NCBI GenBank assembly: GCA_045601385.1
Contig: JAZRZM010000016.1
Location: 9,962 to 73,961 of the forward strand
Source: Clostridia bacterium
GTDB taxonomy: Bacteria > Bacillota > Clostridia > Christensenellales > DTU072
DNA length: 64,000 bases
Direction: 5' to 3'
Both the position numbers and the translations under genes were made by a program. A model generated the notes under the pieces. The model was given only the letters and a program-made list of their open reading frames with translations, made no database searches and was not told the origin of the DNA. Positions 20,490 to 29,530 of the stretch are shown in pieces (position 1 is the first letter of the stretch; each line of letters begins with the position of its first letter).

Positions 20490-21859
20490 TGGATAAAGAC
20501 GCAAAACGTACCCTGCCTATCGAACAGGATCCGCAAGTAAGAAGTCATAATTTTGACGAGGTAAACCAAGGTTATACCGCCGAAATGGCGATAGCCGAAG
20601 CAAGCCGTTGTCTGAACTGCAAAAACCCGAAATGCGTCGAAGGTTGCCCCGTCAACGTGCATATTCCCGATTTTATCGCAAAATGCGCCAAAGGCGAATT
20701 TGCCGAAGCGGCGAAAATCATCAAGGGTACCAACAACCTGCCGTCTATCTGCGGTCGCGTTTGTCCGCAAGAAGAACAATGCGAAAAAAACTGCGTCCGC
20801 CAAAAACTCGGCGGTCCCGTCGCTATCGGCGCGCTCGAACGTTTTTGCGCCGATTATGCCCTGCAAAACGGTCTGAAACCGCAAAAACCCGAAAAAACGA
20901 ACGGCCTTCGCGTCGCCATTGTCGGAAGCGGTCCCGCGGGACTGTCCTGCGCGGCGGAACTTGCCAAAGCGGGATTTGAAGTCCACGTCTTCGAGGCGTT
21001 CCATAAAGCGGGCGGCGTGCTCGTCTACGGCATACCCGAATTCCGTCTGCCGAAAACCCTCGTGCAAGCGGAAATAGACACCCTGAAAGAACTCGGCGTA
21101 CAATTCCATCTGAACGTCGTCGTCGGCAGAACCTATACGCTGGAAGAACTGACCGAAACGTACGACGCGCTGTTCCTCGGCACGGGTGCCGGTCTCCCCT
21201 CTTTTATGAAAATCAAAGGCGAAAATCTCGCCGGCGTATATGCCGCGAACGAGTATCTCACGCGCGTAAACCTGATGAAAGCCTACGAAAAAGACTCCTC
21301 CACCCCCATTGTTACCGGCAAGAACGTCATCGTCGTCGGCGGCGGCAACGTCGCTATGGACGCCGCGCGTACGGCTCTCCGTATGGGTGCGGAATCGGTC
21401 AAAATCGTCTATCGCCGCTCGATGGAAGAATTGCCCGCGCGTAAAGAAGAAGTCCACCACGCACAGGAAGAAGGCATCGAATTCGTCCTGCTAAACAACC
21501 CCGTGGAAATCCTCGGCGACAAAAAAGTAAGCGGTATGCGCGTGATTAAAATGGTACTCGGCGAACCCGACGAACGGGGCAGAAAGTCGCCCGTACCCGT
21601 ACCGGGCAGCGAATACGATATCGAATGCGACCAGGTTATCATCGCCATCGGCACCAGCCCGAATCCCCTGCTCCGAAAGTCCTGCGACAAACTCGAAGTA
21701 TCCAAACGCGGCACGATCGTCATCAGCGAAGAAGCCGAAACAAGTATCCCTGCCGTCTATGCCGGCGGCGACGCCGTCTCGGGTGCCGCTACCGTTATTC
21801 TCGCCATGGGTGCCGGCAAAAAAGCCGCCGCGTCCATTATCGAAAGATTCAAAAAATAA
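20489..21859 (+). CDS. nfnB: NfnB/SudA-type subunit (GltD-like NADPH oxidoreductase)
   Basis: EASRCLNCK.P.C..GCPV, CGRVCPQE.QCE, GSGPAG, GGGNVAMD; coupled to nfnA. Confidence 0.9.
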   Translation: MDKDAKRTLPIEQDPQVRSHNFDEVNQGYTAEMAIAEASRCLNCKNPKCVEGCPVNVHIPDFIAKCAKGEFAEAAKIIKGTNNLPSICGRVCPQEEQCEKNCVRQKLGGPVAIGALERFCADYALQNGLKPQKPEKTNGLRVAIVGSGPAGLSCAAELAKAGFEVHVFEAFHKAGGVLVYGIPEFRLPKTLVQAEIDTLKELGVQFHLNVVVGRTYTLEELTETYDALFLGTGAGLPSFMKIKGENLAGVYAANEYLTRVNLMKAYEKDSSTPIVTGKNVIVVGGGNVAMDAARTALRMGAESVKIVYRRSMEELPARKEEVHHAQEEGIEFVLLNNPVEILGDKKVSGMRVIKMVLGEPDERGRKSPVPVPGSEYDIECDQVIIAIGTSPNPLLRKSCDKLEVSKRGTIVISEEAETSIPAVYAGGDAVSGAATVILAMGAGKKAAASIIERFKK

Positions 21860-21877
21860 TTTTTCGTATCGTCAATA

Positions 21878-22007
21878 TAAAAAAAGGTTCGGATTATTTC
21901 CGAACCTTTTTTATTATCGGGAAAGCCCACCTCTTTGAAATCGATCTTTCAAAATAGCCATGAAATAAAAAAGCCGAACCCTTTTTACAGTTTGATTCGG
22001 CTTTTTT
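21878..22007. terminator. two adjacent terminator hairpins
   Basis: AAAAAAGGTTCGGA..TCCGAACCTTTTT and AAAAAAGCCGAA...TTCGGCTTTTTT. Confidence 0.7.
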
Positions 22008-22060
22008 ATAAAATAAATTTTTAAGAAAACACTAATTAGTATTCATTTATATTAGTCGGA

Positions 22061-22831
22061 TTATAAGTCCTCCTTTGCAATTAACAAATTTACATTTTTT
22101 ATATCTTTTTTTGTTATAAAAGACATGGTAATAGCAATTATCGATGCCGCTATTGCCAAATAACACCAACCGGTTATACCGCTTATATTTGCCATATACC
22201 CTATAGCACCGTTTCCGGATATATCGGCTAACAATTTTCCTATAAATTTAGCATAAACACAATGTATAATTACAAAAGAGACAAACGCAGCCACAGATTG
22301 ATTTTTAAAAGTGTTTGAACGTTCTTTCTTTGAACCGTTTTTCTTGATCTCTGTATACAATGTTATTGCATAATTTTCAAAAGAACGGCAGTTTCCTATT
22401 CCGTTAAAAAGTTTTTTTCCACTTAATGCAATAAGAATAATCGTATAAATAATTTCAGCAAACGAGAATATTGAAGATACTCCAAAATCAGATGTGTCCA
22501 TTATATCTTTAATATCGCTCAATGACATTTTCCATTCATCAAACAGCGAAAATTTCCCTGTTTGCGACTCAATAGTATATCCGCGTTCTAAATCTTCTTC
22601 TGTTAATGTCAACGAATATACAGTATACAATAAATAATCATTATCGAAATCCTCAAGAGTTCTTATCGGCACTTTTACATTTCCATCGAATTTAAAAATC
22701 GGTAAAAAAATTATCAAAATAACAATAGAGATAGACAAGACTGCCGTAACTATCTCTTTTATATTGATTTTCTTAAATTGATTCAGATATTTTTGATACC
22801 CTTTTTGATCGTTTACATTTACTGTATCCAT
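22061..22831 (-). CDS. hypothetical membrane protein (about 4 TM), AT-rich
   Basis: 256-aa ORF, AGGAG RBS, four hydrophobic segments. Confidence 0.75.
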   Translation of the reverse strand: MDTVNVNDQKGYQKYLNQFKKINIKEIVTAVLSISIVILIIFLPIFKFDGNVKVPIRTLEDFDNDYLLYTVYSLTLTEEDLERGYTIESQTGKFSLFDEWKMSLSDIKDIMDTSDFGVSSIFSFAEIIYTIILIALSGKKLFNGIGNCRSFENYAITLYTEIKKNGSKKERSNTFKNQSVAAFVSFVIIHCVYAKFIGKLLADISGNGAIGYMANISGITGWCYLAIAASIIAITMSFITKKDIKNVNLLIAKEDL

Positions 22832-22946
22832 TGTTTTTCTCCTTTTTTCTCCTTTTTCTTCATTGTATCACATATGTGAATCATTGTCAACACATTTGTG
22901 TTTTAATTATTTCATAAATGTGAATTATTGTATAGGTGGTGATAAA

Positions 22947-23258
22947 ATGGATATATTAAATAAAATATATAAATTATTGGCAGAAAAGAATTGGACACAG
23001 TATAAATTAGCAAACGAAGCGGGTTTGTCGCAGTCGGCTCTTTCCAACATGTTCAGCCGAAAAACACTTCCGTCCATAACTACTTTATCAAACATTTGTG
23101 ACGCATTCGGCATTACCCTTTCCGAATTCTTTGAAGAAGAAAATATAAATCGGGAATATACTATTGAAGAAAAACTTTTAATAAGCGACTTTCGGGAATT
23201 ATCGGATAACGAGCGGATCGCGATTCTGAACTTAACCAAACAACTTGCCCGCAAATAA
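22947..23258 (+). CDS. XRE-family HTH transcriptional regulator
   Basis: WTQYKLANEAGLSQSALSN....PSITTL..IC.AFGITLSEFF. Confidence 0.9.
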   Translation: MDILNKIYKLLAEKNWTQYKLANEAGLSQSALSNMFSRKTLPSITTLSNICDAFGITLSEFFEEENINREYTIEEKLLISDFRELSDNERIAILNLTKQLARK

Positions 23259-23295
23259 AAAAGAACCCGATTTATGGTGAATGCCGATAGGGATT
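23255..23295 (+). repeat. left arm of bipartite inverted repeat
   Basis: ATAAAAAAGAACCCG-17 bp-ATAGGGATT; inverted partner at 24339-24380. Confidence 0.7.
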
Positions 23296-23332
23296 ATGAA
23301 AGAAAGGGGCTTTTTTGTCCCTTTCGTAAAAA

Positions 23333-23563
23333 TCAGTTATTATCCGGTATAACCTTTAAATCTTCCTTTCGCACTCCAACATCTTTTTCCGTTGTGCGAT
23401 ACACACCTGCATTGTCTTGATATATTTCTCCATCAAAATAAACGAGAACGTATCCGCCATACCGCTCTTCGCCCATAATAATACCGGTATCTCCGACCTT
23501 AACGCCCGCTTCCTTATATTCGGCTCTGTCCTTTATTAGTTCTACTCTATCCAATACTTTCAT
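23333..23563 (-). CDS. small DUF4926-like protein, putative immunity/antitoxin
   Basis: MKVLDRVEL......GVKVGDTGII.......LVYF; GGAGG RBS inside the 3' end of the upstream toxin-like gene. Confidence 0.65.
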   Translation of the reverse strand: MKVLDRVELIKDRAEYKEAGVKVGDTGIIMGEERYGGYVLVYFDGEIYQDNAGVYRTTEKDVGVRKEDLKVIPDNN

Positions 23564-23564
23564 T

Positions 23565-24140
23565 TCATCCTCCATATGGTGTTGTTAAAACAAGTTCTCC
23601 ATTAGGGTAAGACATCCAACCTGCCACAAAAGACACATCTGCTCCCGTATCTTTCCTTTTCAAGTGTATCACAGTATTTATTCTTTGTCCATATCCATCC
23701 CTTTTTCCCAATTCATATTCTCCGGTCAGATAAGCCAATAATGCCTGTTTTTCTATTTCTTTCTTTAATGCATCTGAATCATGAACAGTATATCCCCATT
23801 GCTCGAACAATTTGTTTTTACCTTTGTCTTTTCCTTTATTGAAAATATAGTTGACATATTTCTCTATTGCACTTTTAGTTCGGATATCCGGTATCCCAAT
23901 ATCTTCGTAATAGCAGTGACAATGTTCGTGTAAAGGATTATCCGGGCTTTTATCCTTGACAAAGTAGCACCCGTTCATATTCAGACAGCTTGCACAGTGT
24001 TTCGGGTTTATGGTACTATTTATTACGTTCATTTTCTTTTCTGTGGCTGTGTTCGCCGGCGCAGAACCTTTGTGTATCCATTTCACCCATTGATTACTTA
24101 ACGTCTTTTTTGCAACGTTACTTGCTTCCGCTAAATTCAT
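23565..24140 (-). CDS. MuF-like Cys/His motif fused to DUF6883-like putative toxin domain
   Basis: HCASCLNMNG.YF.....P..PLHEHCHC, then KY..YIFN....GK..LF...GY...YGQR...V....W.......L.TPY; GGAGG RBS. Confidence 0.65.
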   Translation of the reverse strand: MNLAEASNVAKKTLSNQWVKWIHKGSAPANTATEKKMNVINSTINPKHCASCLNMNGCYFVKDKSPDNPLHEHCHCYYEDIGIPDIRTKSAIEKYVNYIFNKGKDKGKNKLFEQWGYTVHDSDALKKEIEKQALLAYLTGEYELGKRDGYGQRINTVIHLKRKDTGADVSFVAGWMSYPNGELVLTTPYGG

Positions 24141-24338
24141 AGCATTTACCTCCCTTGTGACAATTAGTTCGACAAGAGAAAAGACTATTCCTTATTTGGG
24201 CAAAAAAATTCTAACAAAAAAGTGTAGCCTACTACACCAAAATACTTTTGGTTGCGTAGGCGGCGGGGTTTATCCACAGACAAAAGAATAAGCGTGACAG
24301 ACTATTGCCACGCTTGATCCTTGAATTAGCTTACTGAA

Positions 24339-24380
24339 AATCCCTATGGATACTCCGATTATTCCGGGTTCTTTTTTTAT
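24339..24380 (-). repeat. right arm of bipartite inverted repeat
   Basis: AATCCCTAT-17 bp-CGGGTTCTTTTTTTAT. Confidence 0.7.
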
Positions 24381-24400
24381 AAAAGATTTTTTACGATATC

Positions 24401-25039
24401 TTATTTCGTGCCGAAGAGTCGGTCGCCTGCGTCGCCGAGACCGGGGAGAATGTAGAAGTTTTCATTCAGTTGACGGTCGAGCGTCGAGACATAGATATCG
24501 ACGTCGGGGTATGTTTCCGCGACTTTGGTCACGCCCTCGGGCGCGCCGATAATCGCCATAAACTTGATATTCTTGACGCCGCGGTTCTTCAATGCGGCGA
24601 TCGCGTCGCAAGCCGATCCGCCGGTAGCCAGCATCGGATCGAGCAGAATGGTGTACATATTTTCGATACCGTCGGGCAGTTTGCAATAGTATTCGTGCGG
24701 AAGAGCCGTTTCTTCGTCACGGTACATACCGATATGACCGACTTTTGCACCGGGGAAAATCGTGTGGACGCCGTTGACCATACCGAGTCCGGCGCGAAGA
24801 ATCGGGACGATCGCGATACTGTTGTCGGCGATCATTTTTTGTTCGCACAGTTCAAGGGGAGTTTGTACTTTGACGGTGGTCGTCGGGACGTCCTTGAACG
24901 CTTCGTACGACATAACCATCGTGATTTCTTCGATCAGTTCACGAAATTCTTTCATCGCCGTCTTCTCGTTGCGCAGAATCGCTACTTTATGATTGATCAG
25001 CGGATGATTAAAAATCGTAACGTTGGAATAATTTTTCAT
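24401..25039 (-). CDS. upp: uracil phosphoribosyltransferase
   Basis: VPILRAGLGM, LLDPMLATGGS, YILPGLGDAGDRLFGTK. Confidence 0.98.
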   Translation of the reverse strand: MKNYSNVTIFNHPLINHKVAILRNEKTAMKEFRELIEEITMVMSYEAFKDVPTTTVKVQTPLELCEQKMIADNSIAIVPILRAGLGMVNGVHTIFPGAKVGHIGMYRDEETALPHEYYCKLPDGIENMYTILLDPMLATGGSACDAIAALKNRGVKNIKFMAIIGAPEGVTKVAETYPDVDIYVSTLDRQLNENFYILPGLGDAGDRLFGTK

Positions 25040-25111
25040 TTTTATTCTCCTTAAAAATAATATTTGTCCGTTTCCCGTGCGGAAAACGGACAAATGCTTG
25101 GTTTATATCGA

Positions 25112-26611
25112 TTATTGATTATCGGCGTCGTCGAGCGTTTCCGCTTCGGAGGTTTCCGTTTCCGCGGCGGCTTCCGCCGTTTCTTTGCCGAGTTTGCTCT
25201 TTTCGATCGCGTTCAGGACGACGTTCGTGATGATACCGAGGATGAGCGCGGTAGCGATAGGCGTGATGGTGATGACCTTTTCGATGCCCTGAGCCGAAGC
25301 GGCATAAGGAATATTGATAGCAAGACCGCCGATACCGGCTACAAGGATCGCGGACACAACGAACAGGTTGTGGTTGTCGTCGAGGTTAATGTCCTTGAAC
25401 ATTCTCAAACCGCTGACAGCGATAAAGCCGTACAGGGTAAGGCATACGCCGCCCATTACGCAGGAAGGAATGGTTTGGAGCAGGCACATAACGGGGCTGA
25501 GGAAAGAAAGAACGATACACATAGAAGCCGCCATGATGATGGAGACGATGGACGCGTTCTTCGTGATAGCGACGCAACCGACCGATTCGCCGTAGGTGGT
25601 GTTCGGGCAGATACCGAAGATCGTACCGGCGATAGAGCCGACGCCGTCGCCGAGAAGGGTGCGGGTAAGTCCGGGTTCGCCGCCGACAAGGTCACGGTTG
25701 ATAACGGAACCGAGGTTCTTGTGATCGGCGATGTGTTCGGCGAAGACGACGAACGCAACGGGCAGGAAAGCGATCGCTACGGTCGCGACGCCCGCGCCGT
25801 CAAGGTTGAACGTGCCGTTCTGGATTTCTTTGATGCCTTCGATCAAAGCAAAGCGCGGATAGGTAAGGAAAGATTCGACGGTAACGTTGGTGAAGTTATC
25901 GACGAGCGGTTGCCAGTTGACGATCATAAGATAATCGCATTTTGCCGCATAACCGATAGCCGTAAAGATGGAAGCGACGACGTAGCCGGCTCCGATACCG
26001 ATCACAAAGGGGATCAGTTTCATCATCTTGAATCTCTTTTGGGAAGAGCAAATAACGACGGTAAAGAAGGTCACGAGTCCGCAGAAAAGACCGACGAGGT
26101 TGTAGCCCATAAAGGGGTTGGTCGCGGCGCCGTTTGCATACGCGAGAGAGCCGGAAGCCTTGACGATATCGCCCATCGCGCTACCTGCCAAAGAAAGACC
26201 GATCAAAGCGACCGTAGGTCCGATAACGACGGGGGGCATCAATTTGGCGATCCAAGCCGTACCGGCGAATTTGATTACGAGCGCGATAACGACGTACACG
26301 AGGCCTGCGAAGACGGAACCGACAATAATACCGCAGTATCCGTACGAAAGCGCAACAAACAGGGAGTTCAGGAATGCGAACGAACTTCCGAGAAAGACGG
26401 GGCTCTTGAACTTGGTGAAAAGCAAATAAACGAACGTACCGATACCGGCACCGAGAATCGCCGCGGGGATTTGAGCGGGCAAGCCGATGATCGTCGGGAC
26501 GGCAATCGTCGCGGCAATGATAGCCAGCAACTGTTGGAAGCCGAAAATAAATATTTTCGACAGTGACGGACGGTCTTCGACGTCGTACACAAGGTTAGGG
26601 TTTTTAGACAT
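25112..26611 (-). CDS. uraA: uracil permease (NCS2 family)
   Basis: FLGSSFAF, PPVVIGP, EHIADH, RTLLGDG, PNTTYGE..G; upstream of upp. Confidence 0.92.
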   Translation of the reverse strand: MSKNPNLVYDVEDRPSLSKIFIFGFQQLLAIIAATIAVPTIIGLPAQIPAAILGAGIGTFVYLLFTKFKSPVFLGSSFAFLNSLFVALSYGYCGIIVGSVFAGLVYVVIALVIKFAGTAWIAKLMPPVVIGPTVALIGLSLAGSAMGDIVKASGSLAYANGAATNPFMGYNLVGLFCGLVTFFTVVICSSQKRFKMMKLIPFVIGIGAGYVVASIFTAIGYAAKCDYLMIVNWQPLVDNFTNVTVESFLTYPRFALIEGIKEIQNGTFNLDGAGVATVAIAFLPVAFVVFAEHIADHKNLGSVINRDLVGGEPGLTRTLLGDGVGSIAGTIFGICPNTTYGESVGCVAITKNASIVSIIMAASMCIVLSFLSPVMCLLQTIPSCVMGGVCLTLYGFIAVSGLRMFKDINLDDNHNLFVVSAILVAGIGGLAINIPYAASAQGIEKVITITPIATALILGIITNVVLNAIEKSKLGKETAEAAAETETSEAETLDDADNQ

Positions 26612-26644
26612 TTTTTCCTCCTGTTTTGCCTTTCGGCGTTTTTT

Positions 26645-26683
26645 TTATAAAAAAAAATGCTTTCCCGAAAAAGAAAGCATTTA
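26645..26683 (-). terminator. attenuator terminator in the uraA-upp leader
   Basis: Minus strand AAATGCTTTC-loop-GAAAGCATTTTTTTTT between promoter and uraA RBS. Confidence 0.8.
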
Positions 26684-26776
26684 TTTTTTTGAAAAGAAAA
26701 ATCCGGAAAAGAGAAACACCGAGCCGCCCTCGCTTTGAACAGTGATTTTGGAACTTGTCGGAACTTTCTGTTTCAT
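26681..26776 (-). CDS. putative 31-aa leader peptide MKQKVPTSSKITVQSEGGSVFLFSGFFFSKK
   Basis: AAAGGTGG RBS right after the predicted TSS; U-rich 3' third; stop codon overlaps the 5' arm of the terminator. Confidence 0.55.
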   Translation of the reverse strand: MKQKVPTSSKITVQSEGGSVFLFSGFFFSKK

Positions 26777-26794
26777 CTTAATCCACCTTTTTGT

Positions 26795-26823
26795 ATTATA
26801 CTTTTGTAAAAAAACATTGTCAA
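26795..26823 (-). promoter_or_regulatory. consensus sigma-A promoter of uraA-upp
   Basis: TTGACA-17 bp-TATAAT. Confidence 0.85.
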
Positions 26824-26842
26824 GCAAAAAAATACAAAATAG

Positions 26843-27217
26843 TCATTTTTTTTCACCCGTCAATATATACGTCATAATGACGTTGACTATATAGTCTGTT
26901 TCCTCTTCCGAAAGTGCCCTGCCCTGCGGTATTTTATGCCACTTATACAGGCAAGAGCGACAGCAAGTCGCGGTCGCGTGTTGTGCGACAAACACCGGGT
27001 GTCCGCGCATAGGCGTTTGCTTTCCGTCGTTTTTCGGGAAAGCCGGCGCAAGGCGCGCGCGGATAAAGTCGTACGCGTGATTACGGATCGTCTCCTCCCC
27101 TTTTTGCTCGACATACTGCCTGTCTTTTTCTTTCAAAACAAACTTTCTGCGAAAATCCGATTTTTGCAAAGCGGCGAGCACGGATTCGATTTTTTCTTGC
27201 TCCATTTTTTCTTCCAA
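26843..27217 (-). CDS. DUF4186 protein
   Basis: NDGKQTPMRGHPVFVAQHATATCCRSCL.KWH.I..GR.L. Confidence 0.9.
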   Translation of the reverse strand: MEEKMEQEKIESVLAALQKSDFRRKFVLKEKDRQYVEQKGEETIRNHAYDFIRARLAPAFPKNDGKQTPMRGHPVFVAQHATATCCRSCLYKWHKIPQGRALSEEETDYIVNVIMTYILTGEKK

Positions 27218-27241
27218 AACAGGGACTATATTATTGATACC

Positions 27242-27856
27242 TTATTTATAGTGCTTATTTTTCTTGACGGGCTTTCTGTCGAAAAAAAACCGCACTGCAT
27301 TCAGAATCGCCGTGCCGATAAACAGGCATACGCACCATTCCACAATACCGTTAACTCCTACGAGCGCCCAAACAATGGTAAAAAAGTCGTTTCCGTACGC
27401 GGCGAACGCGTCCGCTTTGCCGAAAAAGAAATAAAACAAAACGACAAACAACGCGGTGTGAATGATCGCGCCCAAAAGCATCGTCAGGCCGTCGCAGACC
27501 GCCACGGGCATTTTTTTAATGAGACGAAAACCTTTATACAGAAATCCGGCAATCAAACCGAACAAAACGCGGGGGACGATACACAAAATCGCCGTAAAAT
27601 ACGGCTGCAAGGAAAAAAGCAACGTACCGAACGCGCTGATCCCGAAACACTGCGCAAAACTCGTCACACCGAACACAAGTCCCAGCCCGGCGCCCACAAG
27701 CGGACCGCATGCCGCCGCACCGATAATGACGGGTATCATCATAAAGGTGATTTCCACCACGCCCACACGCAAATAGCCGATCGGTGTAAACGCCATCAGC
27801 ACCAAAATCGCCGTCAGAATGGCAAATAATACCAAGTCTTTCGTCTTCTTTTTCAT
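27242..27856 (-). CDS. ECF transporter S component (PanT-like)
   Basis: FTPIGY....EIT..MIPVIIGA...GP..G..LG..FG.TSF, VPR. Confidence 0.85.
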   Translation of the reverse strand: MKKKTKDLVLFAILTAILVLMAFTPIGYLRVGVVEITFMMIPVIIGAAACGPLVGAGLGLVFGVTSFAQCFGISAFGTLLFSLQPYFTAILCIVPRVLFGLIAGFLYKGFRLIKKMPVAVCDGLTMLLGAIIHTALFVVLFYFFFGKADAFAAYGNDFFTIVWALVGVNGIVEWCVCLFIGTAILNAVRFFFDRKPVKKNKHYK

Positions 27857-27871
27857 TTTTTACAAATAACC

Positions 27872-29527
27872 TTACTCTTTTTTGAATCGGAGAGAACCGT
27901 CGAACAACCGATTCAAAGTCAACTGATCCGCCTCCGAAATAAAAACCTCTTTTTTCTTGGCACGGCATACGAAAACAAGTTTGTCGTCGTCCAATTCCTT
28001 TCGTAGCAGCGATTGAACGGTCTTTTTATTGTTGCTTCTTTCAAAAACTTCCAATACGGCGTTATCCGCCGTCTCGACGATATAGTCGTCGCCCATTCTC
28101 GAAATATCCTGCACCTTAATGTCTTTTGCCGCAAAACAAAGCATCGTTTCTTTCATCTCTTCGAGCAAACCGATTATCCGAAACCACGCGTTTTTGTCCT
28201 CGTCTCCCGCCGACTGCGCCGCGTTTTCGTCAAAGGGCATCTCTCCGTCAACGGGTTTCGCCACTTCTTCCAGCCTGCTCGTTATATCTTCTTTCGGCTT
28301 CGGCTCTTCTTTCTGCGGCGTAGCCGCGTCCTCTTTCGGGGGCGGGGGGGCGGGCGAAACGGCGGCGACGGTTATTCCCCTTTCCGTCAGGTCTTTCAGT
28401 TTGTTTTCCATTTCGTTCATCCGTACAAAAACCGCTTCCGCGCCGATGTCCGTGGACATCTCGCAGGCGCGCACAACCGCCGCTTCCAATACGATACGCG
28501 GTTGGGAAGAATATCTTATTTTCGTTTCCGACTCCGTCAGAATATCCATCGCGCGCGAAATGCGATAGTTCTCGACGTCGCACCGCTTTTTCAGCATACA
28601 AAATTCCGTTTCCGACAGAGACGACGGCTTGTAGTCGGGGACGTTTTTTACCGCAAGCAAATCGGAAAAATACTTCGCCAGGTCTTTATAGACGGTCGTT
28701 CTGCCGTTTTTTATCAGCCGTCCCAAAACGTCCAACGCCGTCCGACAGTCTCCGTTCAGAATGGCTCCGCCCAATTCGTCCAAATCGGAAAAATCGGTCG
28801 CGCACAATATCTCCAAAACTTCTTTTTTCGTTATTTTTCCGTCGCAATACGACATACACATATCGGCTACGCTGAGCGTATCGCGCACGCTTCCTTCGCC
28901 GCTTACCGCTATGCGGTACAGTGCCGTTTCTTCATAGCCTACGCCGAGTTCGTCAAAAATGTTTTTCAGCAAACCGACCAAGCGTTCTTCGTCCACAAGA
29001 CGAAAATCGAAGCGAAGACAGCGGGACAAAATGGTCTGCGGTATCTTGTGGACTTCGGTCGTCGCCAAAATAAACACGACGTGTTCGGGCGGCTCTTCGA
29101 GCGTTTTCAAAAGGGCGTTGAACGCCGAAGTCGACAGCATGTGCACTTCGTCGATAATATATACTTTGTATCTGCCGACGGTCGGACGGTAATAGACGTT
29201 TTCTTTCAGCGTGCGTATCTCTTCCACGCCGTTATTGGACGCGGCGTCTATTTCCAGTACGTCGATGCTGTTTTGATTCTTTAACGCGACGCATACTTCG
29301 CATTCTCCGCAAGGAGAACCGTTTTTCGGCGAAAGACAGTTGACCGCGCGCGCAAAAATTTTCGCGCAAGTCGTTTTTCCCGTTCCTCTCGTACCGGTAA
29401 ACAAGTATGCGTGTCCGATATTGCCCGACTTGATTTGGTTTATCAAGGTCCGCGTGATATGATTCTGCCCGATTACGCCGTCAAAAGTACTCGGGCGAAA
29501 ACGCCTGTATAAAGAAACGTATGCCAT
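27872..29527 (-). CDS. dnaX: DNA polymerase III subunit gamma/tau
   Basis: LYRRFRP.TF..VIGQ, GTRGTGKT, EIDAASN, IIDEVHML, KTLEEPP, SRC. Confidence 0.97.
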   Translation of the reverse strand: MAYVSLYRRFRPSTFDGVIGQNHITRTLINQIKSGNIGHAYLFTGTRGTGKTTCAKIFARAVNCLSPKNGSPCGECEVCVALKNQNSIDVLEIDAASNNGVEEIRTLKENVYYRPTVGRYKVYIIDEVHMLSTSAFNALLKTLEEPPEHVVFILATTEVHKIPQTILSRCLRFDFRLVDEERLVGLLKNIFDELGVGYEETALYRIAVSGEGSVRDTLSVADMCMSYCDGKITKKEVLEILCATDFSDLDELGGAILNGDCRTALDVLGRLIKNGRTTVYKDLAKYFSDLLAVKNVPDYKPSSLSETEFCMLKKRCDVENYRISRAMDILTESETKIRYSSQPRIVLEAAVVRACEMSTDIGAEAVFVRMNEMENKLKDLTERGITVAAVSPAPPPPKEDAATPQKEEPKPKEDITSRLEEVAKPVDGEMPFDENAAQSAGDEDKNAWFRIIGLLEEMKETMLCFAAKDIKVQDISRMGDDYIVETADNAVLEVFERSNNKKTVQSLLRKELDDDKLVFVCRAKKKEVFISEADQLTLNRLFDGSLRFKKE

Positions 29528-29530
29528 GTC

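Noticed and set aside
20489-21859. Glutamate synthase small subunit
   Set aside because: No gltB nearby; pairing with an NfnA-type gene indicates NfnAB.
22061-24140. Prophage remnant
   Set aside because: No integrase, terminase, portal or capsid genes; only the MuF-like motif and a generic XRE gene.
24270-24278. Perfect DnaA box TTATCCACA
   Set aside because: Single isolated copy with no cluster seen; compatible with chance.
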